Part shown: positions 41,835-54,292 of the stretch, in pieces
Numbering within the stretch: position 1 is the stretch's first letter
How the letters are laid out: each line of letters starts with the position of its first letter
NCBI GenBank assembly: GCA_030704615.1
Contig: CM060733.1
Coordinates: forward strand, 59,830,001-59,894,000
Reading direction: 5' to 3'
Length of the DNA stretch: 64,000 nucleotides
From: Takakia lepidozioides
Lineage: Eukaryota > Plantae > Bryophyta
The notes under the pieces: model-generated
Told to the model about the DNA's origin: nothing
What the model saw: the letters and a program-made list of their open reading frames with translations, nothing else
The model's database searches: none
Translations under genes and position numbers: made by a program

Positions 41835-43355
41835 CTACTTGTAATCTTGTCGGTAGAATGTGGTCTTGCCGGGCACGCTACCATCATTCCCAGCGAGAAC
41901 CTTGTACTTGTCCCTGCGAGTGAAGTTTGTGCACTGGAAATTCAGTGTCCCTGCAATAACCCTTTGGATGTAGTTGGCTACCTCAACCGATGTTTTTCCA
42001 CCCGCACATGTAAGCTCCATAGGCAGTTGGTTCAAAAATGTAACCTCGTAGACAGGACTTGGGTTCATGAAGAAGAAGAAAGGATCCATGCCCTTCCACC
42101 CTGTGGCAGTCGTGCCGTGGAACATGGACATTCTGTTGAACATCGCCACGGGGGTGATCTTGTCCGTCAGCTCGGCAAAAAGCGCTGAGAATCGTAGAAG
42201 AAATGGCTCCCGGCATGTTGTTCCCTCTGGGCAGATGGCTAAGTCTCCTTCTTCCAAAAGCTTGCTGATGTTGGCAGCATCTTGCTCTCTGTTGCGACTC
42301 AAAGCAACCGTCTTGATTGGGGAAAGGGCCTCGGAGACACGTGAAATGGAATATGTGACTGCTGTGATAGGCCGCCGAAGGGCTATCGACAGGAATATGG
42401 GGTCCAACAAGGTCCGATGGGAGCAGATAAACAGGACTCCCTGTTTCCCATCCTTCACTGCAGGTGGGGGTGTTCCCGTGACCTTTACACGCACCCCGAG
42501 GGCAACGAAAGCGTAGTATGTCAAGGACATGGGGAGCAAGGACGCTGCAGCAATCCGAAGCACAGCAAGAAGGAAACCGATAGGCATCCAGACGAGGGTG
42601 AGAAGAGCGTTGAGTGGAGTAGGGCGTTGCACAAGCCGCCCGTCGTGGAACACGATCGGCTTTGGCAGCTTCTCCTTTTGCACGGCTTGTACCTTGTTGG
42701 CGGGCACCACGTAGCCTTCCTTGCACAGAGCCATGAAGGGGTGGTCAGTCTTGCGGTCGCCGAGGCCAACGTCAGGTGCCTCATCCCCGAAAGTTGCCTT
42801 CAAACAATTTTCTTTCTTCACACCCACAAGGACACCGGGGGCTTTGAGGAAACCTGTTGCGCGCCCGTTCCTGGTCACCTCGATCTCGGACCCAAGTACC
42901 ACATCGGCACCCAGATACTCCGTTGCAAAGGTCTCGACCATTATGCGGGGACTGGCAGTCAGTACATAGCGCTTCCCAAAGGAGGAAAACACACGCCATG
43001 TCTCTGGGTGCAGATCCTCGCAGTAAAACTTTGGCAGAACCGCGCGGGCTACAGTCTCAATTTGAGTCACTTTAAGACCAGCAAAGGTGACAAAGATTAA
43101 CACCTGGATCCCTGCAGCTTCTGAGACGAAGTGATAAAGGAACCAAGCAATGGGGGCGAAGAGGAGGAGGAGCAGAGAACGGAGAAAGCCCCCGGCCTCG
43201 AATGCCACCAGCATGAAGTAGGGAAATGAGCTCCGCCCTCTGACCAGGGTGCCATCCAAATCGGATATTACCGTCTGTTTCTCTCGCCCATCGGAGCTGC
43301 ATTTCTCAATGTAATCGAAGGGCTCCGCCCCAGACATCTTCGCCTTCGGACCCAT
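41835..43355 (-). CDS. GPAT6: sn-2 glycerol-3-phosphate acyltransferase/phosphatase, GPAT4/6/8 clade, intronless
   Basis: HAD motif [13 protein letters not shown], acyltransferase motifs HRTLLD and CPEGTTCRE. Probable start at 43355; the ORF extends to an ATG at 43406. Confidence 0.93.
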   Translation of the reverse strand: MGPKAKMSGAEPFDYIEKCSSDGREKQTVISDLDGTLVRGRSSFPYFMLVAFEAGGFLRSLLLLLFAPIAWFLYHFVSEAAGIQVLIFVTFAGLKVTQIETVARAVLPKFYCEDLHPETWRVFSSFGKRYVLTASPRIMVETFATEYLGADVVLGSEIEVTRNGRATGFLKAPGVLVGVKKENCLKATFGDEAPDVGLGDRKTDHPFMALCKEGYVVPANKVQAVQKEKLPKPIVFHDGRLVQRPTPLNALLTLVWMPIGFLLAVLRIAAASLLPMSLTYYAFVALGVRVKVTGTPPPAVKDGKQGVLFICSHRTLLDPIFLSIALRRPITAVTYSISRVSEALSPIKTVALSRNREQDAANISKLLEEGDLAICPEGTTCREPFLLRFSALFAELTDKITPVAMFNRMSMFHGTTATGWKGMDPFFFFMNPSPVYEVTFLNQLPMELTCAGGKTSVEVANYIQRVIAGTLNFQCTNFTRRDKYKVLAGNDGSVPGKTTFYRQDYK

Positions 43356-43643
43356 GTTATGTTGTTGAAGAAGACCCGATCTTTCGAAGCTACGTCCTGG
43401 CTGCACTATATCAACAGATCGTCTTCACACTGCCCAGTTCTGCTTCTCAAACGATCTGAATATGTCGATCGCGTTCTTGGTGGACCACACCTTGCGTGTA
43501 GTGTAGAGAGGCAGATGTGTGTAGTGCAGAGGCAGAAAACTGACTGTATGTCTCAGACAAGTCGGAGAGAAGAGCGGGCGGGGATGAAGGGAGGTGATGA
43601 GAGAGACTGAGAGATGGTGCGAGTGAGTGAGCGTAGTGTGCGG

Positions 43644-43649
43644 TTTATA
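43644..43649 (-). promoter_or_regulatory. Probable TATA box of the GPAT gene
   Basis: TATAAA on the minus strand followed by a CT-rich leader, ~290 bp upstream of the ATG. Confidence 0.45.
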
Positions 43650-44046
43650 TCGAGGGGGGCGCAGTGGCACACTGGTCAACTCAGGTTGACAACGACCTCT
43701 GCTCTGGTCCCGCCGCGTCCAACTTATTATTCGCTACGTCGGCCGCCACCCTCTTCTTCTCCGGGTCATCAAAGCTATCATACCCCTGGCAGCCCAGCCG
43801 GGCATCGCATATATTTACCGTATATTTGGCGTGCTGTCATTCTGCCCAAGACAAGAGTGCACTTGATCCGTTGCTGAAAGGAAAATACATACAGACAAGT
43901 GCGTGTTTGTACGCAGTGAGAATCAAGCGCGTTGACATTGCGTACGGCAGAGTGTCAACGCGGTTGGTTGGCCGTCGCCCACATTCAACAAGCGGGCCCA
44001 CCTTCGGACCGCGGTGAACTTGTGGGCCATAATGTACTAGAGAAGG

Positions 44047-44269
44047 GGGCGCGTTCCCTGGCGTAAAGGACTTTTGGGAGCAGATTCTGCGAGGCCCTGA
44101 TTGGCTGCAGGCCATAATGAGGCAATTAAAGTCAAACTGCCGATTAGGAGAGTCAAACAGCCGATTAGGAACGCAGAAAGCGCCAGCGCCGTGGAGCGTC
44201 GATCTTCTGCATCCTAATTTGCCTCAAAGAATCTGCCCCCAAAATCCTTTACGGCTCTTGGACGCACTC
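44047..44269. mobile_element. Small foldback MITE (Harbinger/Tourist-like)
   Basis: CGTAAAGGACTTTTGGGAGCAGATTCTGCGAGGC is inverted to GCCTCAAAGAATCTGCCCCCAAAATCCTTTACG; internal direct repeat GTCAAAC.GCCGATTAGGA; TSD unclear. Confidence 0.6.
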
Positions 44270-44401
44270 TTGTTGGCGTCCATCAATCCTCTCACTTTTA
44301 CATTCGTTGGTCAGACTGACCAGGTCATTCTTAGATCAAAATTCCACGAAATAAGCCCACTCCAAATACAAAGGAGGTTTTTTGAAAATTCTTTACGCTA
44401 T

Positions 44402-44620
44402 TTAACCCTTAAGCGCCCAGTGCCCAATGTTGACTTTTTGAAAAAAGTGGACCCCAACTCAGAAAAATGAGAATATCTCAGCGAAAAAAATGTTTTTGGG
44501 AAAATTGACCGGACGTTATGCTCATACCTACCCCTTCCAGACACATGTAAATTTCCAGGCCAATCAGGCGAAAATCAGAGAAACGCCACCGTTGAATGTG
44601 GGGCCCATTTTTTGGGCCCC
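44402..44620. mobile_element. Single terminus of a second piggyBac-like element
   Basis: TTAA followed by CCCTTAAGCGCCCA, nearly identical to the TIR of the 4698-18211 element; shares CCTACCC and AATGTGG(G)GCCC blocks. No partner end found. Confidence 0.5.
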
Positions 44621-45742
44621 TCCTAAAACAATAAGGGAAATTGGAGGAATTTGCAATTTTCAATGACAGGATGAAATCTGCAGGACCTCATCCTGCTTAC
44701 AGGTGTTGTCCAGCACATTGGCATTTTGATGAGCCATAGAATGCAAAAAATGGATTCATATTTTCTGATTTACAACTGGTCAAAGTAAGGGGGGTCAAAA
44801 TGCCATAGGCAGCAGCAGTTTTGCTGAAGCACAAAGACAGCTGGCATGTGCACATCAGCTTCCACCTGCTCTCATTCTTTGCCCAAGTTCCACACAAGCC
44901 TAAGGTACACAAAATGGAGTCTAGCAACATGAAGACAAAGGCCAGAATCAAGCACAACAGCCAACTACTTCATCTCTCATCCATAGTGGGAGAGCATGGG
45001 TGGGATTTGAACCCACAGAGCTGCCCCAGCTGGCAGCCCATGCTGAAGCCAAATTCCACACAAGCCCAAGCTCCCAAAATATAGAGATGCAAAACAGCCT
45101 CACCTTCATCTCCCACCCTTAGTGGCCAAGCATAGGTGGGATTTGAACCCATGGAGCTGCCCCAACTGGCAGCCCATGCTGAAGGCTTTTGGCCAAGTTC
45201 CACACAATCTGTTTAGTCTTGTATCTCTAGCCTGATCTCTTGTTTGTATTCAGTGTTCTCGTCCTTGACAAGCTATGGACTTTTCAAAAACGCATATTTA
45301 TTTACATATATTAGTCCATATGAGTCAAATGACAAATGATTTTGTCACTTCAAATCTATACCTATGATGTGGACCAAAATGACCACCTTAAGTCCAAATT
45401 TCAATGGAATTCACCAATGGCACATAGGAGAATTTGAGTCCATTGTAATTTCATTCACTGCGGTAAAAGTCCACAATGACGGTGTTCAAAAGTCCATAGC
45501 AGAGTCATTTCTTATCGGATTCATGATTGGAGAGTTGCTATGGGTGCGTATTGAAGCTAGAAATCCAATGACATATATATTTTCTATTTTTAATGAGTTA
45601 ATTAAAATTCAATTGATGACACCATCAATTGCAGTAATTTAAAACTTTTTAGCCTCGGACTATTTAATAGTAAGCGCGCTTCACTTGAAGAACGTTCTTC
45701 AAGTGTTACTTGCCTACTCTTACATACTCTGATCACTTGCTA

Positions 45743-45889
45743 GACTGTCTGATCTTCACTTGGGTACCCTCACAGCCTGTCTGATCTTCGCTTTCGTACT
45801 CGTACAGACTGTCTGATCTTCACTTGCGTACTCTTACAGTCACTTATAGACTTTTTGATCTTCACTTTCGTGCTCTAGACTGTCTGATT
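45743..45889. repeat. ~32-bp tandem repeat (GACTGTCTGATCTTCACTT...) just upstream of the SAUR
   Basis: Units near 45743, 45775, 45807, 45849 and 45878. Confidence 0.85.
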
Positions 45890-45912
45890 TATTTCACCAG
45901 TTGCTCCACACG

Positions 45913-46437
45913 ATGTGGGCATCCTGTTTCTCACACCCACAGGCGGTGCCAAGGGGCTGTTTCATCAGTACTGGTTCAATATATCCACCGGGGGTCAACT
46001 CTATGAAGCAGCAAAGCCTGATCAAATGTGTGACAAATTCTCATGTCTCACACCCACCAAGAGGCTGCTTCACCTCTGTTTTAAACCCACCGGGGGTCAG
46101 CTCTATCATTAAATTTGTGACAAAATCTGATGCTTCTCACCCACCGGGGGTGCCAAAGGGCTACGTGGATGTCTACGTGGGCACAGAGAGGCGCCGATTT
46201 GTAATCCCAATTGTTCTCCTCAGGAATAAACTAATTGGTGAGCTGCTTGCCAAGACCGAGGAAGAATATGGATACGAGAATGAGGGGCCCGGCGTGCGCA
46301 TCTCTTGCAACCCTGTTCTCTTCGAACAATTCTTGACACGGCAAATTAGAATGTCTTACATGCAGAGAGGCGTACTTAACGGTGGTCCGAGTGTGAGGTC
46401 CCAAGACTCGCGAACTAATACAGACTCCAGCGATTAA
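45913..46437 (+). CDS. SAUR: SAUR (small auxin-up RNA) family protein, intronless
   Basis: VPKGYVDVYVGTERRRFVIPIVLLRNKLIGELLAKTEEEYGY...ISCNPVLFEQFL. Start may be 45913 or 46003. Confidence 0.85.
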   Translation: MWASCFSHPQAVPRGCFISTGSIYPPGVNSMKQQSLIKCVTNSHVSHPPRGCFTSVLNPPGVSSIIKFVTKSDASHPPGVPKGYVDVYVGTERRRFVIPIVLLRNKLIGELLAKTEEEYGYENEGPGVRISCNPVLFEQFLTRQIRMSYMQRGVLNGGPSVRSQDSRTNTDSSD

Positions 46438-48229
46438 AATACGGTGCACCCCTACAAGAAGATTCCAGCACTTTGAGGACTTTTGTGTGCTTAGTAACAC
46501 TAGCGTTGTACCAACTTGAGCAGCAACTGTTTGAAATTAAGACTTTCTGAATGACATACTGTGGCAAATTTCTAGTTAGTTTTCTGACAGTTCTCTGAGG
46601 CTTCAGTCTAGGTGCGTATGGTGCTCCTGCTACTTTAGGATGCTACTTGACTATCGATTTAGTCAAATGACCAAAGACTTTGGTCTGTGTACTCTGTCTG
46701 CATTGCGCTAAAGGAAAATAACAGCAAATTTCTATCCTACAATTTCTAGCACTTGCTTGATTACATGTCCATCAGCTATGCACACTCAGAGGGTTAGTAT
46801 TGCGTTAGCACATGTGGTCATCTCCAACCAAGAGTAAACCCTCTGTATGTTCGTCTTTAGAATCTCTCCTTGTGATTTCTGTTTCACATCTCCAGCTATA
46901 AATTTAAAAGTGATATACATAAAACAACTCCTGGAAATCTAATTGTAGCAAAGGATCTCGAATAACCCTATAGAGAGTCGAGACTAAACAGATTCCTTAC
47001 ATAAGGCCAGCCTTCTCATGATCTCACCACATGACCAGTACTGGCATCGTTCTTGAGTAGATGGTTTCTGATTTCTGCATATAGTCCGCCTTTCTACATT
47101 AAAATCAGATGGTCTCTCCAGCCTAACATGAAATCGACCACACCTGATCTCACATCGCCGATTTGAGATCCCAATTTTTCTCCTGGCAAAGCACTAATAT
47201 TCACAGTGACATAACTATGTTTCCTAGACTGCAGAAGGGTTTTTTTTTTCCTCCAGTACAACGGCGAAGGGAATATAGTAATTCCACCGTATTCGCAAGA
47301 AACCTGGCTATCACTCTATCGCAGAAGAACCACAGCACAATATACAGATGAATTACCGCGACACGCAAGTACAATGTCAAGATTTTTGATGCTATAAGAT
47401 ACTTCAGTAGGGATCTTGCATGAGTTCTACAACACAGACAAATTAAAGAAGTAGCACAGCTGGAGCTGCCAACTGTAGACTCAATGAGGGAGGTGGCTAC
47501 TGAAACGCAAAACGACGGAGACACGAAAGAAGGTAGCACACGCGCCCCCTCCCCTAGAGCTAGACAAAGTGCCAATGTTGAGGATACAATTAGGGTAAAG
47601 CAAGTAGAGGGCTCTGGGTCTCCTCTGGGTGGAAAGGCCATGGGCTGGTTGAATAACAGGTGGGGGAAACTGGATACGATGCCATGTGATGCCTGAGGAC
47701 TCGGAAACCGACAGATTGAAGTAGCGGTTACCAGTAGGGGAGGTCACCTGTCTGTGAAGGAGGCAAGACGAAGATCGCCCACGGGGAGGAGCTACACAAC
47801 GATGGCAGGGAGGGGAGCCTGCAGGGGAACAGTGGACGAGGGATATGTGCATAGGATCTGATTACGTAGCACGGCGTGGTGGCTGGGTGGACCGGATGTT
47901 GTAACCGGTGCTGTGCAAGACAAGAGGAGGAGGTAGCCTCAGCTCTCCAGGCCATGGTGACAAATAAGTGGCAGATGTCGGGGAGGCGAGCAGGACACAG
48001 ACAGTGGTGAAGGTGGAGACTACATGTTCAAGTCTAGTGAGGGAGCAGAATACCGGATTACAGAAAAACGAGATGGAGAAGGGTGTCCCCGGCGCCAGCC
48101 GCAAGAAGAGAGTGATCAACCTGAGAGCACCAAGCGAGATAAAGTGCAGAGAAGAGAAGAGACACAGGTCTTGCAGGTCCGCGACTTTCCAAAGACTGTG
48201 ATGGCGGCAGTCCAAATTTATTCAGGCTC

Positions 48230-48640
48230 ATTGCATGATCCTCCAGAGGATGACACATGCACTATTTTGAATGCCCGTCCCAATATTTGAGGGTAATTGA
48301 GAAGTCGAAGTAGGGAAGCAGGAACTACTCATGCGTGGGGGAATTTTTTTTCTTCTTCGCCTCCATCGACACAATGTTCGGTAGGATCTCTCGCACACAT
48401 TGTCTCTCAATGGGCGTGGACCTGGGTGGCAGGGATCTTCTGCTCTTGGCCAGCCCTTTCCCTCCTTCGTTTTCCCTATCGCAGTAGTGATTTTTACAAT
48501 GTTTCCTTGATGCCTGAGTTCCAGGGAATATACCTTTTGATCTGCCGAGGTACATTACGTCTGTCTGTAGGTAGACGTTACTCAATTCTGCACGCGTGTA
48601 TTGGAAACTGTGGCAACGATCTTGTGATGGGCATCGACAG
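48230..48640 (+). mobile_element. Possible degenerate L1-type LINE 3' (zf-RVT-like) remnant
   Basis: Fragmentary QCSVG..SLAHIVSQWAWTW..GI and a W..(R)NDLV-like segment; heavily decayed. Confidence 0.3.
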
Positions 48641-49019
48641 ATTCTTCCCTCGGTCGTATAGAGAATCTCTCAATCCGAAACTCACTGAACTTCAGCAAGC
48701 TAGTGGAAGGGCTCTCATTAAAGGAAGTAGAGCAGACGAGTCTAAGGGTTGTATAGAAGGTAAACAACACCGACAAAAATTCCCAAAAGATGGAGGTCAA
48801 CGTGCAAATAGTCTGTTGGAGGTTGTGCACTCAATGTGTGCGGCCCTATGCGGCCCTATGCAGACAAAGTCGCTCGGTGGAGCCACTACTTGTTTCAAGA
48901 GGAACAACAGTCAATTTTCTAAAGCAGAAAAACACCAAGTTCTAGATATAAATTTAAAGAATACAAAGTTCTTACAGAGAAACAAACAAGGGAAACCCTC
49001 AAAACTCTGAGGTCAGATA

Positions 49020-50750
49020 ATGGAGGGGAATACATTTCTAATGCCTTCAACCAATTCTGTAAAGAAATCAGGATAGTGAGACAAAATTTAACGGTTCCCT
49101 ACACACCTGAACAAAACGGTGTTGCGAAGCGGAAGAACATGTCTCTACAAGAGTGTGCTAGGAGCATGCTCAAGCAGGCTAACTTGCCTAATTATTTTTG
49201 GGCAAAAGTAGTGGGAACTGCAACCTACCTTCAAAATAGAACGCCTACAAGAGTAGTCTCGGGAATGATTCCAGAAGAAATGTGGACAGGTGTGAAGCCA
49301 AGTGTATCGCACTGTAAGGTGTTTGGGTATCGAGCCTATGCTCATATCCCAAAAGAGAAGAGACAGAAATTGGATTCAAAAAGTGAAGCGTGCATTTTTC
49401 GTAGGTTACACTGAAGGAGTTAAGGGTTATAAACTGCTTAAGGAGAAAACAAAGACTGTCTTTCATAGTAGGGATGTAGTCTTTGATGAAGTAAGTACAG
49501 CTTTTCCAAGAGTAGGAGAAGAACCCAGTCATCAGACAAGCTTCCAATCTACTGACAAGACATCTTATGAGATTTCAATGGATCTACGGGCTCAAACAGT
49601 CTCCGAGAGCATGGTACGAAAAGATCGATACTTTTCTTCTGATATCTGGATTTAAGAAGAGTGTTGCAGATACAAACGTCTACATTCTTACGCAAGGAAG
49701 TCGATTGGTAATATTGGCCTTGTATGTGGATGACGTTGTGCTGTCAGCAATGGGTCAATGATTACTACTGTAGTTTAAGGATAAACTGTCCAAGGAGTTT
49801 TCCATGACTGATATGGGTTCAAGGCGTACAAAGCAGTAGAGATAGAGTAAATCATACTGTTTTTATGCATCAAGCTAAGTACATTGAAACTAAATTACTG
49901 CAATATAAGTTAGAAATGAGTAAGGCAGTCTCAACTCCACTAGAAGCAGGCCTAAAACTCACAATACAGATGTGTCCTCAAACTCAAAAAGACACAGAAG
50001 ATATGATAAAGCTTGTTCCATATCAGAGTGTCGTGGGTAGCTTAATGTATTGCATGACTTGCACTAGACCTGATATTGCATACTCAGTGGGAGTAGTGTC
50101 ACAGTTTCTTTCAAATCCTGGTGAGACCCATTGGAGAGCAGTCAAGAGGATTTTCAGATACCTCAAAGGAACATCGACGATGGGATACTCTACAAAGGAA
50201 ATGGGAGAACAAGTCTGCAAGGCTATACAGATGCTGATTGGGGAGGGGATTTCGACAACATGAGATTGACCTCGGGACATTGTTTTACTCTTGCAGGTGG
50301 AGTTGTGTCGTGGTCAAGCAAGAGACAGACTGCAATAGTGCTTTCATCAACGGAAGCGGAATACATGGCAGCCACTCAAGCGGCCAAAGAGGCTGTGTAG
50401 TTAAGAAAGTTATTAGGAGACTTGGGTCATAAGCAATCAGGAGCAACAACTATGTATTGTGATAATCAGAGTGCAATAGCACTAAGTCAAAACCCTAAGT
50501 ATCATTCTAGGACTAAGCACATACAAGTGCAACATCATTACATAAGAGAGATAATGGCCAAAGGAGAAGTAAACGTAGTTTACTGTGCTACAGACGACAT
50601 GGTTGTATATATCATGACGAAGAGTTTACCAAAGCTCAAACATTCGAAGTGTACTACTCAGCTTGGCCTTAGCTTGAGTCTACAGTAGTTCAAGAACATA
50701 CAAAGAGGCTTTACAAACTGATTAAGACCTAACTAAGTGGGAGTGTAGAA
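49020..50750 (+). mobile_element. Ty1/copia remnant (integrase-RT-RNaseH, deleted and frameshifted)
   Basis: TVPYTPEQNGVAKRKN, YGLKQSPRAWY, LYVDD, TRPDIAYSVG, YTDADWGG, SSTEAEY, CDNQSAI, HSRTKHI. PPT-like AAGTGGGAG followed by TGT near 50744. Confidence 0.92.
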
Positions 50751-50892
50751 GAAGTCCTACTCAGGCAGCCGAAAGACTATGAACTCCCAACATGTCCATG
50801 CGTTTGTAATGCTTGGGTTTCGGAAGGGGCTTTGTCAAAATATCAGCTGCCATATCATCAGTTCTACAGTAGCAAAAAATGATTTTGCCAGA

Positions 50893-52566
50893 GGGTAGAT
50901 GCAGACTAGAGTGGCTCAGTTTGGACTACAATTTGAGGACAATTTGCAGTTTTTGACTGACTGCTTGTTATATTATTCTTCACCCTATACACATAAGTTA
51001 TATATTCATAGCAAATGGACTTAGAATGGGATAGCCACTTACCATATATACATGTGGGTACAATTATTTTGGAATTTGGATGAAATCTCATGAAGCTATG
51101 GACTTTTGTAGGGAATTCCAATGGAATGTCACAGTCCATCTATTGTCCCAAATTCCATCTGAAAACCCTATTTGTGCACAACCAATTCATATATGGACTT
51201 TACAACTAGATACACAATGTTTGAATAGACCAGTGTTGGGCGGTTACCCGCCTGGGCCCCGGGTAACCGCCGGTTCCGGTTCCAGTTATGTGGAACCGGA
51301 CCGGAACCGGACCCGCCTGTGCAGAACCGGAACCGGAACCGCTCATTGGGGATTGTGTGGGAACTGGAACCGGCGGTTCCAGCTACGACCACATGTGTGG
51401 GAACCGGCGGTTCTAGCTCCAAAGCGGTTCCGGTTCCGGTTCCGGTCCACCCGTGGGCTGTAGCCCTAAATGTCTCCAGTACCTACCAAAGCGCTTCTAA
51501 GTCCGGTTCTTGGTTCTTGACCTCTTGGTGGGGCTGGTGGGCCCAGGGAAAAACTTATTTAATGCTCTTAAGCTCCTGAGATCCTGGGTTCAATGCTTGA
51601 AGGCCATGAGATTCTATGTTCAATGCTTCAGCGCCATGAGATCTTGGGTTCAATCTCCAGCTCCATGATATCCTGGCTAAGTTCATTAATAAAATGTTTG
51701 AAGATGCCAATACTTGCCAGGTAGTTGAATAGTACTTTCAACCCATAAAATTTTACCCATTTTCTTCTACCAGTTTATTTAGAGTATTTTTGTTTGTTTT
51801 TTTGTGTTAGTGAAAACTAACAAAATCGTTGGATTTTAGTTCAAATATGTGAATACACTGCTATTTAATCTACCGGACTGATAAAATATTTTAAATCTAA
51901 TTAAATTAAACAAATATATTTTTAAAATAGAACCGGAACCTAACCGGAACCGATGGTTTTTATCAGCAACTAACCGGTAACCGGAACCGCCCCCATGTTT
52001 AAAAGTTGGATCCGGAACCGGACCGGAACCGGCTCAATAAAAAAAAACCGGAACCGGATCCGGAACCGTCTCTTGAAATAATTTTGGAACCGGAACCGAA
52101 GGTTCCTTCACAAATGCAAGAACCGCCCAACACTGGAATAGACACAAATATAAATTTGTGAACAATTCCATCCATCTATCAAGACACTATGGACGTTTTA
52201 ATCCAAAAAACCCCCAAAATGACGATTTATCCATAGCATTTTGAAAATTTCATATTTGGGTGGAGATCTTTGCTAAGAATATATATATTGTTATTGTCTC
52301 TAGGAGCTTATTGTTATATGGAAAATTTTCATAAACTACAAGATAATAATAAATAGCTATTAGTATTTTTAAAATATTATAATAAAAAATATCTCAAATA
52401 TTTGGGGTGAGACCATTTACTAAATATGATTAGTATACAATTACCTATGAAGATAAAAATATATTTGAACAAATATCCTTAATTAAAATATAATTAATTT
52501 TTTCTTATGGACTTTTAGTGGAGGGCACATCTGCCGCTTTTGAGCTAGTGTAGTCTGCACTTACCC
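50893..52566. mobile_element. Non-autonomous DNA element with GGGT..ACCC ends and 4-bp TSD (Sola2-like)
   Basis: TIRs GGGTAGATGCAGACTA / TAGTCTGCACTTACCC; TSD CAGA at 50889-50892 and 52567-52570. Excision restores the copia frame REVISSGKIIFCYC. Confidence 0.85.
51231..52135. mobile_element. hAT-type MITE, 905 bp
   Basis: 15-bp TIR CAGTGTTGGGCGGTT; perfect 8-bp TSD GAATAGAC (51223-51230, 52136-52143); subterminal GGAACC/GGTTCC arrays. Confidence 0.95.
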
Positions 52567-53603
52567 CAGAACTAATGACTTCTCGAATAAAATGGTACTA
52601 CACATCTATGTGTTTAGTTTGGCTATGGTGAACTAGATTCGTCATCAAAGCCAAACTTCCCTGATTGTCGGTTTGAATCTGTGTTACTTCTTGTTGTAAA
52701 GAACCGACATCCTCCAACAACTGTCTCAGCCAAATAGCTTCATTTGACGCATGTGTAGCCGACATGTACTCTGCTTCCGTGCTTAATAGAGCCACTGTAG
52801 CTTGTTGTTTGTTATTCTAAGCAATAGCTCCTCCACCAAGAAGGTAAGAATAATCTGTTGTTGATCTTCTTGTTTCAACATCCCCAGCCCAATCAGCGTC
52901 ATAGAATCCGGACAGAATAACACCCTCATCTTTACTTCCCATGTATTGCAGATAGTAGTCTTGTGTTGCCTGTAAATACCTCATAACATGTTTCACAGCT
53001 ACCCAATGCTCATGTCTTAGATCGTCACAGTACCTGCTCAAGATACTGATTACTGCAGCAATATCTGGTCGAGTGCCTATCATTGGATACATCAAACTGC
53101 CTATTACTTCTCTGTATGGCATTCCCAGAACACTCTCCTCTTCTTCGTCAGATTTCACTTCGACTCCTTTGACAAATGTCAGTCCAAGGTCCATTGGAGT
53201 ACCAATTGGCTTACAATCAGCCATTCCAAACTTTTTGGATAGCTCCTTCATATACTTCTCCTGATTGAGATGTATTGATTTCTTCCCCCTATTTCTGATA
53301 ACCTGAATTCCGAGATAGTACTCAATTTCACCAACATCAATCATTTCGAATCCCTCACACATCAATCTTTTGAATACCATCATCATTTTTGCATTGTTTC
53401 CCAAAATCATCATGTCATCTACATGTAACCCCACGAGGAGTGTCTTCTCTTTTTTCTCGAAAACATACACACCGTTGTCCATTTGTGACTGCTCAAACCC
53501 TAGTCTTTTGAGAAAATCATTGATTTTTCGATGCCACACCCTAGGAGCTTGTTTCAACCCATATAACGATTTAAGAAGCTTACACACGAGATGCTTACCC
53601 TCT

Positions 53604-54292
53604 GGGTGATTGCAAACTAGAGTGGACCAAAAAGGGCAGATCATGAATACATAAAGAGTACATAAAAGAGGATGTGGTGAATCCTCAACCATCGGATTTG
53701 CTTCAACTGACAATCTTGACCGTCTATTATTGACTGTTAAAACCAAGATTTTCAAATTGGGATAACATCAATTCACAAATATGTTTTTGAAATTTGATCA
53801 TAATCAACTCTGCATTTATGGTGAATGAATGCGTCTAATGAAAAAAAAATTGTTATTTCAAAAGAATTTAGTCATAAATGACTTTATGAAAATAGCTATT
53901 TTTGAAGCTCAATATAATACATAATGTTTTTTTAACTTCATATTTTTGAATGATAGTTTTCATTCCAGATTCCTCATTTTCCAAAGCAAAGTTGAGAGAG
54001 TCTTTTTTCTTGACTTTGTTCTAACTCCTATATTAAAAAAGTCCATAACGTATTTTTTTATGGACTGTGACAATTCCTTATGGACTTTTTAAAAGTCCAT
54101 AGCATCTAGAGATTCTGGTTTTTGATAATGAGAATTAAAAGTGTGAAAGTATATGTAGATGAGCCTCTATATATTAGTCCCTTTTTATTGATGGCATTGT
54201 CATGTAGGAGTATGATAATTTACCACTATTCTATGTCTGGAAAAAACAGTGATGTGACAGCAAAAAATGGACACTATAGGTTGCAATCACCC
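53604..54292. mobile_element. Second GGGT..ACCC element with 4-bp TSD (Sola2-like), 689 bp
   Basis: TIRs GGGTGATTGCAAACTA / TAGGTTGCAATCACCC; TSD CTCT at 53600-53603 and 54293-54296. Excision restores the copia RT frame FEALEGKHLVCKL. Confidence 0.85.

Noticed and set aside
42067-43100. Plus-strand ORFs antisense to GPAT (and similar ones antisense to PHT2;1)
   Set aside because: Shadow ORFs of a real coding strand.
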